This document shows positions 28,524 through 36,498 of a stretch of 64,000 nucleotides of DNA, in pieces. Made by a program: the position numbers and the translations under genes. This DNA is from Dehalococcoidales bacterium (GTDB lineage Bacteria; Chloroflexota; Dehalococcoidia; Dehalococcoidales; RBG-16-60-22). The notes under the pieces were generated by a model, which was given only the letters and a program-made list of their open reading frames with translations, was not told the origin of the DNA and searched no databases. The stretch is taken from assembly GCA_041652735.1 (NCBI GenBank), contig JBAZGT010000009.1, positions 4,563 through 68,562 on the forward strand. Direction: 5' to 3'. How positions within the stretch are numbered: the stretch's first letter is position 1; each line of letters opens with the position of its first letter.

Positions 28524-28557
28524 AAAAAAACGCCCCGGTCTTTTTACTGACGGGGCG
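28524..28557 (-). terminator. rho-independent terminator after lipoprotein pstS
   Basis: The minus strand reads CGCCCCGTC-loop-GAC(C)GGGGCG followed by TTTTTTT. Confidence 0.65.
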
Positions 28558-28584
28558 CTGGATATGCCGGGTGAACGGGCTGTT

Positions 28585-29385
28585 TTAGCCTAACCTGAAA
28601 TAGCCTTCCCTTTCCGCGATGGCCTGCCCTTCCGGCCCCTGGCAAAAGTCCAGGAAATCACGGACACAAGACTTGACATTACCGCGGGTCAGTAATAAAA
28701 GCCTTCTGGTTATGGGATAGGTGCCGTCCTGGAGGGTTTCCAGTGAAGGCTTTATGCCGTTCAGCGTCAGCACTTTGACCGAATCATCCGCGTAAGCCAG
28801 GGATACATAGCCTATCGCCCGCAGGTCTTCAGCGATAACGGTACGCAACGCGCCGTTGCTGGCCTGCAGGATGGCGGTATCCGCGAAATAGGTGCCCGGC
28901 AAGACCGTCTCCAGGAAAGTCTGCTGCGTGCCGGAGCCTTCCTCGCGGGAGACCACGGTAATCTTACCGGACATGCCGCTGACTTCACTCCAGTCCGTAA
29001 TTACCCCGGAGAATATATCCCGCAGCTGCTCCATGGTCAGTCCCGTTATCTGGTTTCCCGGGTTGACGATAACGGCGATGGAGTCTATGGCGATAGGGTA
29101 CTGCTTGACCGGCTTGGCCTCGCTTTCCGTCAACTCCCGTGAGGAGGCCCCTATGTCCACGATGCCGTTGCATACCGAAGAAATACCGCTGCTGGAACCG
29201 CCCCCGGCGACAGTGATTTTTACGTCCGGGTGCAGTCCCATGTATTCTTCTGCCATCACTTCCATCAGCGGCTGGACCGTCGTCGACCCGCTCTCATGTA
29301 TTGTTGTTTCCCCGCTGCTGCATCCGGGCGCCGCCAGCATCAGGCAAATAATGACGATGGCGACTATCGACTTTAGATTTTTCAT
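28585..29385 (-). CDS. pstS: phosphate ABC transporter substrate-binding lipoprotein
   Basis: Lipobox MLAAPGC; PstS blocks GSTTVQP, GGGSSSG, DIGASSR, GSGTQQTF, GTYPITRRLLLL; 266 aa. Confidence 0.9.
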   Translation of the reverse strand: MKNLKSIVAIVIICLMLAAPGCSSGETTIHESGSTTVQPLMEVMAEEYMGLHPDVKITVAGGGSSSGISSVCNGIVDIGASSRELTESEAKPVKQYPIAIDSIAVIVNPGNQITGLTMEQLRDIFSGVITDWSEVSGMSGKITVVSREEGSGTQQTFLETVLPGTYFADTAILQASNGALRTVIAEDLRAIGYVSLAYADDSVKVLTLNGIKPSLETLQDGTYPITRRLLLLTRGNVKSCVRDFLDFCQGPEGQAIAEREGYFRLG

Positions 29386-29489
29386 TGGCAGTCCCCTTTT
29401 TGGCTATTAATACACATTAACCGGTGATGCGCTTGACGCTTCTCTGGTTTATAGCGTGCCGTTTCCCGGACCATAAAGCCACGCCGTTT

Positions 29490-29729
29490 TCAGCCGTTAT
29501 CCGGTGTATCGCCCAATTTCCAGATACAATTCCAGATACGCTGATGCTCATTGATATAAGCAAGCGGGATATTGCTGATTTGTGTCACCTTCAAGGCATA
29601 GGCGCAGCTGCGGGCGATATCACAGAGTTTTTCGCCCTCTTTCTTCGGGCCTTCCACGGACAAAGTAGAGCCGATTTTCCTTATAACCCAGGTGCGGCCA
29701 GCCTCGTCCTTAAATACTTTTACTCTCAT
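29490..29729 (-). CDS. hypothetical protein (79 aa)
   Basis: ORF only, in an AT-richer segment upstream of pstS. I recognise no family. Confidence 0.3.
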   Translation of the reverse strand: MRVKVFKDEAGRTWVIRKIGSTLSVEGPKKEGEKLCDIARSCAYALKVTQISNIPLAYINEHQRIWNCIWKLGDTPDNG

Positions 29730-29915
29730 TCGCGGATATATTTACACCATTTTCTTATCTAAGCATAAGGCCGGGAGTTTAAGGATGGGTCAGGGTTTTG
29801 TTATAAGATTATTATATTTTTTTAAATATTTGGTTAAAGCACGGCGGGCGGTAAAAATCCCTTGCCGGATGTCTCCCCTCCCCGCGCTGGACATAAGCCT
29901 GAAGAATCAACCGGT

Positions 29916-29964
29916 TTGTTAGCTAATTGTTACTTTTGCGCCCCCCTTGTTTACTAATTTGTTA
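29916..29964. promoter_or_regulatory. four TTGTTA (minus strand: xTAACA) direct repeats in two 11-12-bp-spaced pairs
   Basis: TTGTTA at 29916 and 29927, TTGTTTA at 29947, TTGTTA at 29959. They lie between divergent small ORFs and upstream of the pstS unit. Confidence 0.3.
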
Positions 29965-30034
29965 CGTAGTCTGAATACAATTAGGTTATGGGTTGAACAA
30001 CTAGAGCAATTTGTAGCTGTGAGGTCCTGAGAAT

Positions 30035-30247
30035 ATGAGCATCAGAGTTTACTTTCTGGCGTTATCAGCCCTGGGTATGTCGGCTTTCCTGCTGCTGCAT
30101 TTCGGTTTGATACTGATTTACGGACAATTCTTGATATTTGAATCTAACCTGCCGGTACTGATACTGGAAATAGGTTTAACCGCGGCTATCATGATATTTG
30201 GATTTTACTGCGTGATTTCTGAGCTGAAAAAAGGCCGGAATATATAA
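30035..30247 (+). CDS. small membrane protein (70 aa, 2 TM)
   Basis: ATG start and two long hydrophobic helices. I recognise no family. Confidence 0.4.
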   Translation: MSIRVYFLALSALGMSAFLLLHFGLILIYGQFLIFESNLPVLILEIGLTAAIMIFGFYCVISELKKGRNI

Positions 30248-30401
30248 ATATATAATAGGTAACAACCGCGGTATTCAGCCGGTTGCATGGCCGCCTCCCG
30301 GCGTTAACGGCGCCAGGCATGATTGACCGGCGGTAAAAGATGTTTTCCGCGCCTTTCCCCCCCGCCCCTTTTCAGGTACGGGCCAGGTTTTGCGCTTTGA
30401 G

Positions 30402-31004
30402 TTACCGCCCCCCGTAACGCTCTTCCGTCCAGGGGTCGCCGTGCATGTGGTAACCGGCTTTTTCCCAGAATCCCGGCTCGTTCTTGGCCTGGAACTTGAG
30501 GCCGGTAAGCCACTTGGCGCTTTTCCAGAAGTACAGCCGCGGCACCACCAGGCGCACCGGGCCGCCGTGCTCGTCGGAAACCGGCTGGCCGTCATGCTTG
30601 AGGGCGAAGAGCGCGTCATCCGCAAAAAAGTCGGACAGCGGCAGGTTGGTGGTAAAGCCACCCTCCCCCTGCACCATGACGTATTTGGCGTCCGGCTTTA
30701 TCGCCACCAGGTCTTTAATAGCGGAGGTGGCTACCCCTTCCCAGGTGTTGTTATAGCGCGACCAGGTGGTAACGCAGTGGATATCGGAAAAGACTTCAAC
30801 GCGCGGCAGGGCGGCGAGCTCGCTGTAGGTGACGGCGCGCTCCCGCGCCACCAGCCCGGTGATTTTAAGCGTCCAGTCCTCCGGTTTGATATGATACACC
30901 TTGCCGTAGTGCAGCACCGGCCATTTTTCCGTGAGGCGCTGCCCCGGGGGGAGGCGGTTTTCCCTTAAGGTATCCGGGCTGATAATTTTAATAATATCGC
31001 TCAT
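30402..31004 (-). CDS. sulfite-oxidase-like molybdopterin oxidoreductase (catalytic-domain-only, MsrP/YedY-related)
   Basis: 200 aa. The Moco Cys context is SDIHCVTTWS; also GGPVRLVVPRLYFWKSAKWL. Confidence 0.8.
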   Translation of the reverse strand: MSDIIKIISPDTLRENRLPPGQRLTEKWPVLHYGKVYHIKPEDWTLKITGLVARERAVTYSELAALPRVEVFSDIHCVTTWSRYNNTWEGVATSAIKDLVAIKPDAKYVMVQGEGGFTTNLPLSDFFADDALFALKHDGQPVSDEHGGPVRLVVPRLYFWKSAKWLTGLKFQAKNEPGFWEKAGYHMHGDPWTEERYGGR

Positions 31005-31153
31005 AATTTAATGATAGCACTCCTTCACATAAAGTAAATCCACCCGGCATGAAGTTTTTATGACACTTTGAGGCTGACAGGAGAGGATTTTATTTAAGGC
31101 GGGGAAAAGAAGAGGGGGGTAAGGGGAGGCTTTTTTATAGCTTGGCGGCGTTA

Positions 31154-31162
31154 TGCTATAAT
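31154..31162 (+). promoter_or_regulatory. extended -10 promoter element TGcTATAAT upstream of nusB
   Basis: TG at 31154..31155 and TATAAT at 31157..31162, 25 nt upstream of the nusB ATG. The -35 (TTTATA at 17-nt spacing) is weak. Confidence 0.35.
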
Positions 31163-31186
31163 ACATACTCAGGACGTTAATAAAAC

Positions 31187-31597
31187 ATGGCAGGAACAAG
31201 ACACAAGGCCAGGACGCTCGCCCTACAGGCGCTATACGAGGTGGACGCCGTAGCCCGCCCGCCGGAAGCGGTAACGGAACGCCTCATCGCCGACACCACG
31301 CTATCCGCGGAAAACGCGGACTTCGTCCGGGAGCTGGTAAACGGTGCCGTAAGCAACCGGGAAGAGATAGACGGCAATATCCGCAAGTTCGCCCCGGCCT
31401 GGCCGCTGGAGCAGATGGCCGTCATTGACAGGAACGTCCTCAGACTTGCAATCTTTGAAATATTATATAATAATAAAGTACCGGTCAAAGTAGTGGTAAA
31501 TGAAGCGGTTGAGCTGGCCAAGACCTTTGGCAGTGAAAATTCGGCCAAGTTCATCAATGGTGTTCTGGGGTCGGTTAGCGCCCTCACCAGCCGCTAG
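31187..31597 (+). CDS. nusB: transcription antitermination factor NusB
   Basis: ARTLALQALYEVD...DRNVLRLAIFEIL...INEAVELAK...FINGVL pattern; 136 aa. Confidence 0.9.
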   Translation: MAGTRHKARTLALQALYEVDAVARPPEAVTERLIADTTLSAENADFVRELVNGAVSNREEIDGNIRKFAPAWPLEQMAVIDRNVLRLAIFEILYNNKVPVKVVVNEAVELAKTFGSENSAKFINGVLGSVSALTSR

Positions 31598-31621
31598 CAA
31601 GCTCAAAAAAAGGGGGGAAAT

Positions 31622-31876
31622 GTGGCAAGTGTCTTTGAAAAAATAAAGGCGATGGTAGTGGAGCAGCTCGGTGTCGATGAAAAGGACGTCGTGCCCACAG
31701 CCAGCTTTGTTGAAGATTTAGGCGCCGATTCTCTGGACCTGGTGGAACTGATTATGTCCCTGGAAGAAGCCTTCAGCACTCCGGAAAAGAAAGTGGAAAT
31801 ACCGGATGAAGCCGCGGAAAAAATCATCACGATCCAGGACGCCATCGACTACATCAAGGAACAGGGAGTAGAGTAA
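31622..31876 (+). CDS. acpP: acyl carrier protein
   Basis: [18 protein letters not shown] phosphopantetheine-attachment motif; 84 aa. Confidence 0.9.
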   Translation: MASVFEKIKAMVVEQLGVDEKDVVPTASFVEDLGADSLDLVELIMSLEEAFSTPEKKVEIPDEAAEKIITIQDAIDYIKEQGVE

Positions 31877-31888
31877 AACCCGACTGTC

Positions 31889-31918
31889 ACGGCGAGTCCA
31901 GCGACGCGCCGTTTTTTT
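31889..31918 (+). terminator. rho-independent terminator after acpP
   Basis: ACGGCG-loop-CGCCGT followed by TTTTTTT. Confidence 0.6.
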
Positions 31919-31931
31919 ATACCAGTAAAGT

Positions 31932-32702
31932 TTAAATCCCCCTGGCCCAGGCCACGGCGTTGGTGAATATCTGCAAGCCGTAAAGGTCCGGCCGCTCTTT
32001 CTCCCGCGTCCAGCGGGGGTGCTGCGTCCAGCGGATAAAGTCCTCCGGGTGGGGCATCAAGCCGAAAATGCGGCCCGTGGCATCACAGATACCGGCGATG
32101 TCACTGACCGAGCCGTTGGGGTTGGCGGGATAGCCGGGGGCCAGCTCTCCCTTTTCATTAACGTACTGCACCACGATATTGAGCTTTTCCAGCACGCCCG
32201 GCGCCGCCGCCAGCTTACCCTCCCCGTGAGCGATGGGCACGTACATACTCTTTATCCCCCTGGTAAAAACGCAGGGGCTTTTCTTGTTCACCTTGAGATA
32301 GACCCAGCGGCACTCGAACTTGCCGGAATCGTTATTGGTAAGCGTTACCGGCTGGGGGCCCTGCCCCTCGATGCCGGGGAGGATGCCGGTCTTCACCAGC
32401 ACCTGGAAGCCGTTGCAAATGCCCAGCAGCAGCCGCCCGTCCGCGACGAATTTCTTAATGTCCTCCCCCAGGCGCAGCCGTATCTCGTTAGCCATAATGC
32501 GCCCGGCGGAGATATCATCGCCGTAGGTAAAGCCGCCGGGAATGACGGCGATGTGGTAATCAGACAGGGATTTTTCTTTGCGGAAAAGCTCGGTGACCAG
32601 CGCCGCGTCCACTGATGCGCCGACCATCTCTAAAGCGATCCGGGTATCCACATCACGGTTGGTACCGGGCGCCCGCAGCATTAAGACTTTAACTGTATTC
32701 AT
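31932..32702 (-). CDS. purQ: phosphoribosylformylglycinamidine synthase, glutaminase subunit
   Basis: Class I GATase triad context GICNGFQ and MPHPE; 256 aa. Confidence 0.93.
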   Translation of the reverse strand: MNTVKVLMLRAPGTNRDVDTRIALEMVGASVDAALVTELFRKEKSLSDYHIAVIPGGFTYGDDISAGRIMANEIRLRLGEDIKKFVADGRLLLGICNGFQVLVKTGILPGIEGQGPQPVTLTNNDSGKFECRWVYLKVNKKSPCVFTRGIKSMYVPIAHGEGKLAAAPGVLEKLNIVVQYVNEKGELAPGYPANPNGSVSDIAGICDATGRIFGLMPHPEDFIRWTQHPRWTREKERPDLYGLQIFTNAVAWARGI

Positions 32703-32761
32703 ATTAGTTCCTCACCGTATCGAGTTACTACTCAGCCGATGCCTGCCTTAGCATCAAATAC

Positions 32762-32790
32762 TTGACATATTAGTGATATTTTAGTATAAT
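32762..32790 (+). promoter_or_regulatory. perfect sigma-70 consensus promoter TTGACA-N17-TATAAT firing antisense into the NYN gene
   Basis: TTGACA at 32762..32767, an exactly 17-nt spacer, and TATAAT at 32785..32790. The hairpin TCATAAGG-ttccgt-CCTTATGA (32819..32840) plus a T-rich tract follows about 25 nt after the predicted start site. Confidence 0.5.
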
Positions 32791-32818
32791 AATTAATGAA
32801 TTTCGATGGAAGGGTACG

Positions 32819-33340
32819 TCATAAGGTTCCGTCCTTATGAAGTCCCCTTTCTTTTTTATATTCCAGATTACTCCGGCAATTATCAATAAAATATACTCTT
32901 TCTCTGCCAGCCTTTCTTAACAATTTTGAGCACAAAGCCAGGCGCGGGGCTAACACGCATCCCAGCTTTCCTTCTTCACGCAAGTAGTTGACCAGACAAT
33001 AAAAATCGCCATCACTGCTCACGATTATCGCTTTTTCGTAGTTGTTAAAGTCTATCATCGCCTGTAATACCAACTCGGCGTCACAATTGCCTTTAACTCT
33101 TCCATCCGGTGTTTGCAGGATAGGTTTGAAAATCAGGATAAATCCCGCGGACTGTAAAAAAGTATAAAGCGCCGTGTTTTCCGGTATGTATCCAAAAAAG
33201 TAATAGGCCTTACCAACTCCATAATGTTCACTCAGGTAGATTCTGAAACGGCGGTAGTCCAAATCCCAGCCAATCCTTTTCATGGTCTGGTGAATATTGG
33301 TGCCGTCAATAAACGCGTAGTTAACCTGCGGCTTTTTCAA
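32819..33340 (-). CDS. NYN-domain (LabA/DUF88-like, PIN-related) protein
   Basis: AFIDGTNIHQ...GNCDAELVLQAM...IIVSSDGDF acidic-residue pattern of NYN nucleases. 173 aa, visibly AT-richer than both flanking pur genes. Confidence 0.75.
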   Translation of the reverse strand: MKKPQVNYAFIDGTNIHQTMKRIGWDLDYRRFRIYLSEHYGVGKAYYFFGYIPENTALYTFLQSAGFILIFKPILQTPDGRVKGNCDAELVLQAMIDFNNYEKAIIVSSDGDFYCLVNYLREEGKLGCVLAPRLALCSKLLRKAGRERVYFIDNCRSNLEYKKERGLHKDGTL

Positions 33341-33346
33341 TCCCGC

Positions 33347-36196
33347 CTACCATCTCAGGGGTTTCTGCCAGGCTTCTTTAAGCTCGGCGATATCCGCGGT
33401 CAGGATAATTTTACCTTTGCGGCCGGTTATCTCCAGCTTTTTATCCTTCATCACCCGCCCGATTTCCGCGCAGGCCACGCCGGAGAGGGCGCTTTCAAAG
33501 TCTTTTTTGTCTTTGGGGGCTACTTCCACCAGGAAACGGGTGTTGGATTCCGAGAACAGAAGATAGTCGTCACGGGCAACGGTTTCACCCAGCGGCACGT
33601 CTTTCAGTTTTAAAGCCATACCCAGCCCGCCGGCAAAGGCCATTTCCGCCGCCGCCACGCCTAATCCCCCCTCGGAAAGGTCATGGCAGGCTTTGACCAG
33701 CCCGTGCTGCATCGCGCCGGAAAGGGCATTCATTAATATCTTGCCTTTGGCCGCATCGACTTTGGGCACGCTGTTGCCGATGAAGCCGTGCGCGGCGTAG
33801 TAATGCGAGCCGCCCAGCTCGTTATAGGTAGCGCCGACGATGTAAATAAGGTCGCCGGCGTTTTTGCAGTCCATGGTGACCGCCTTGCTGACGTCTTCCA
33901 TGACGCCCATGGCGGAGATGAGCAGGGTGTGGGGGATGCAGATGGTGCCGGCGCCGGTATCGTACTCGTTATAGAGGCTGTCCTTGCCGGAGATGAAGGG
34001 CGTGCCGTAAACGGTGCCGATATCATAGCAGGCCTGGGCCGCCCGCACCAGCGCGCCGAGGCGGTCCGGCTTTTCCGGGTTGCCCCAGCAGAAGTTGTCC
34101 AGCAGGGCGAGCTCGTCCAGGGTGCCGCCCACGGCGATGACCTGCCGCAGCGCCTCGTCAATGGCGGAGGCCGCCATCCAGTAGGTATCGATATCGCCGT
34201 ATTTGGGGTTGATGCCGTTGGAGACAACGATGCCTTTAGGGGAATCGGCCAGGGGCTTGATGATAGCCGCATCGCCGGGGCCGTCGTTAGTGACGCCCAC
34301 CAGCGGCTTGAGCACGCTGGTGCCCTGCACCTCATGGTCGTACTGGCGGATGACCCACTCCTTGCTGCACACGTTCCAGGAGCCTAAAATTTGCTTTAAA
34401 TCGTCCTTCAGGTCCAGCGGCGCGGGGAAGTCCGGCTCCGGGCGCTCGACCGGCTGCCAGAGGGCGTCCCGCTCCAGCTGGGGCAGGCCGCCGTGCAGGA
34501 AGGCCATATCCAAATCGCACACCAGATTGCCGTCGTAATAAAGCTGGAGTCGCTTATTATCCGTGAACTCGCCGATGACGGTGGCCTCCGCGTCCTCTTT
34601 GCGCATGATGGCCATGAGCTGTTCCAGCTTGTCCGGCGGCACGGCCAGCAGCATGCGCTCCTGGGACTCCGATACCCAAATTTCCGTATAAGAAAGCCCC
34701 GCGTATTTCAGGGGCACTTTTTCCAGATTCACTTTAACGCCGGTCTCCTCCGCCATTTCCCCCACCGCCGAGGAAAGCCCGCCGCCGCCGCAGTCCGTGA
34801 TACGGCGGTACAGACCGAGGTCGCGCGCCTGGATAATAGCGTCCAGAGCTTTCTTTTCCACGATGGCGTTACCGATTTGCACCGAGCTCTGGGAGAGCGT
34901 TTCCGACTCCTTATCCAGGTCACCGGAGGCAAAGGTGACGCCGTGAATGCCGTCCCGCCCGGTCTTGCCGCCCACCACCACCACCAAATCGCCGGGCTTT
35001 TGCATACCTTTCTGGCTCATATTAACCGGCATGATGCCCACGGTGCCGCAATAGACCAGCGGGTTGCCTACGTAACGCCGGTCAAAGCAGATGGCGCCGT
35101 TGGAGGTGGGAATGCCCATGCGGTTGCCGTAATCGGCCACGCCGGAGCGCACGCCCTTGAAGAGGCGGCGGGGATGGAGAACGCCCCGGGGCAGGTCCGC
35201 GTGGGGCAAATCCGGCGGGCCGAAGCAGAAGACATCCGTATTCAAAACGGGGAAAGCGCCCAGCCCGGTGCCGAGGGGGTCGCGGATGACGCCGCCGATG
35301 CCGGTGGCCGCCCCGCCGTAAGGCTCCACGGCGGAGGGGTGGTTGTGCGTCTCCACCTTAAAGCAGACGGCGTACCGGCCATCGAAGTCGATAACGCCGG
35401 CGTTGTCCTTGAAAACGGAAAGGCACCAGGGCTTGTCCATCTCCCGGGTGGCTTTCATCAGGGTGCTTTTCATCAGGTTATCAATGGCTTTTTTGCCGAG
35501 GGTGATTTTGGCCTTGAAGGTCTTGTGGATGCAGTGCTCCGACCAGGTCTGGGCGATGGTCTCCAGCTCTACATCGGTGGGTTTTTGGCCCAGCTTTTTA
35601 AAATAGTCCCGGATGATGCGCATCTCCTCGATGTTCAGCCAGAAACGGTTCTTGCTTAATTCCATCAAAGCGGCATCGTTCATGGCGGCGATGTCTATCT
35701 TTTGCAGGTTGAATTTATAGGTGGCCGAGGGCAGCGCCACCGCCTCTTTATGGGCGACGACGTGCTGGACGATGCTGTTGACCAGCAGCTTATCAGAAAC
35801 CGACTGCAAGGTGGCATCGTCAAAATCGCCCCAGAAGAGGTACTTTTTGGCGGTGCGTACGGCGGTGACGGCGGCAATACCGAGGTCGCGGATGCCCTTT
35901 TTCACGCTCTCTTCCACGGGGTCCATGACGCCGGGGTTATAGGCCACCTCCACCAGGCGGGTGCCGGGCGGGGCGGGGACATCCTCGACAGCGTAGTCCT
36001 CCACAATGGGGTCGGCGAGAAGCTCCCGGCAGATAGTCTCCAGCTCTTTGGCGGTCAGCTTGCCTTCCAGGAGATAGATGCTGCTGACGCGGACGCGTTT
36101 GACCGTTTTGACGCCGAGGTCCAGAATGTCTTTTTGCAGTCCTTCAGAACGGGGGTCGGCAAACCCTTCTTTGACCGATACCTCAATGCGATACAC
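33347..36196 (-). CDS. purL: phosphoribosylformylglycinamidine synthase II with two fused N-terminal PurS-like modules
   Basis: 949 aa. The N-terminus MYRIEVSVKEGFADPRSEGLQKDILDLG... and a second VEVAYNPGVMDPVEESVKKGIRDLG... are PurS-like. They are followed by PurL blocks ETHNHPS, GGVIRD and GGGLSSA. Confidence 0.93.
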   Translation of the reverse strand: MYRIEVSVKEGFADPRSEGLQKDILDLGVKTVKRVRVSSIYLLEGKLTAKELETICRELLADPIVEDYAVEDVPAPPGTRLVEVAYNPGVMDPVEESVKKGIRDLGIAAVTAVRTAKKYLFWGDFDDATLQSVSDKLLVNSIVQHVVAHKEAVALPSATYKFNLQKIDIAAMNDAALMELSKNRFWLNIEEMRIIRDYFKKLGQKPTDVELETIAQTWSEHCIHKTFKAKITLGKKAIDNLMKSTLMKATREMDKPWCLSVFKDNAGVIDFDGRYAVCFKVETHNHPSAVEPYGGAATGIGGVIRDPLGTGLGAFPVLNTDVFCFGPPDLPHADLPRGVLHPRRLFKGVRSGVADYGNRMGIPTSNGAICFDRRYVGNPLVYCGTVGIMPVNMSQKGMQKPGDLVVVVGGKTGRDGIHGVTFASGDLDKESETLSQSSVQIGNAIVEKKALDAIIQARDLGLYRRITDCGGGGLSSAVGEMAEETGVKVNLEKVPLKYAGLSYTEIWVSESQERMLLAVPPDKLEQLMAIMRKEDAEATVIGEFTDNKRLQLYYDGNLVCDLDMAFLHGGLPQLERDALWQPVERPEPDFPAPLDLKDDLKQILGSWNVCSKEWVIRQYDHEVQGTSVLKPLVGVTNDGPGDAAIIKPLADSPKGIVVSNGINPKYGDIDTYWMAASAIDEALRQVIAVGGTLDELALLDNFCWGNPEKPDRLGALVRAAQACYDIGTVYGTPFISGKDSLYNEYDTGAGTICIPHTLLISAMGVMEDVSKAVTMDCKNAGDLIYIVGATYNELGGSHYYAAHGFIGNSVPKVDAAKGKILMNALSGAMQHGLVKACHDLSEGGLGVAAAEMAFAGGLGMALKLKDVPLGETVARDDYLLFSESNTRFLVEVAPKDKKDFESALSGVACAEIGRVMKDKKLEITGRKGKIILTADIAELKEAWQKPLRW

Positions 36197-36498
36197 AGCG
36201 TGCCCCCTTTATGTAGTTTACCGTAGACAGTAAACAGTTTTCCGTTGCCCCGAACCACCCCTTAACGCAAAAATACAGCGTAAAAATAATTACTATTTAT
36301 CAAGTTTAAAGCGTCCATTTTACGGGAGTATTACAAATCCTATGATATTGCGAGAACCCGATGGAATCAGGGCGAGATTGAAGCGGATGGACTCGTAATG
36401 ACAGTGGAAAAACCCCCTGAGTCCCCTTCCGATTTCATCGGAATCTTCGACTTTACTAAATGGGGATTGTATTGTTGCCCCACTCCTCGCAATGACAG

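Noticed and set aside
36197-36498. Purine/ZTP riboswitch upstream of purL, and a THF riboswitch upstream of folP (60534..60835).
   Set aside because: I could find no recognisable conserved cores in either leader (for example the ZTP pseudoknot motifs or purine junction). Both regions are dominated by REP-like repeats.
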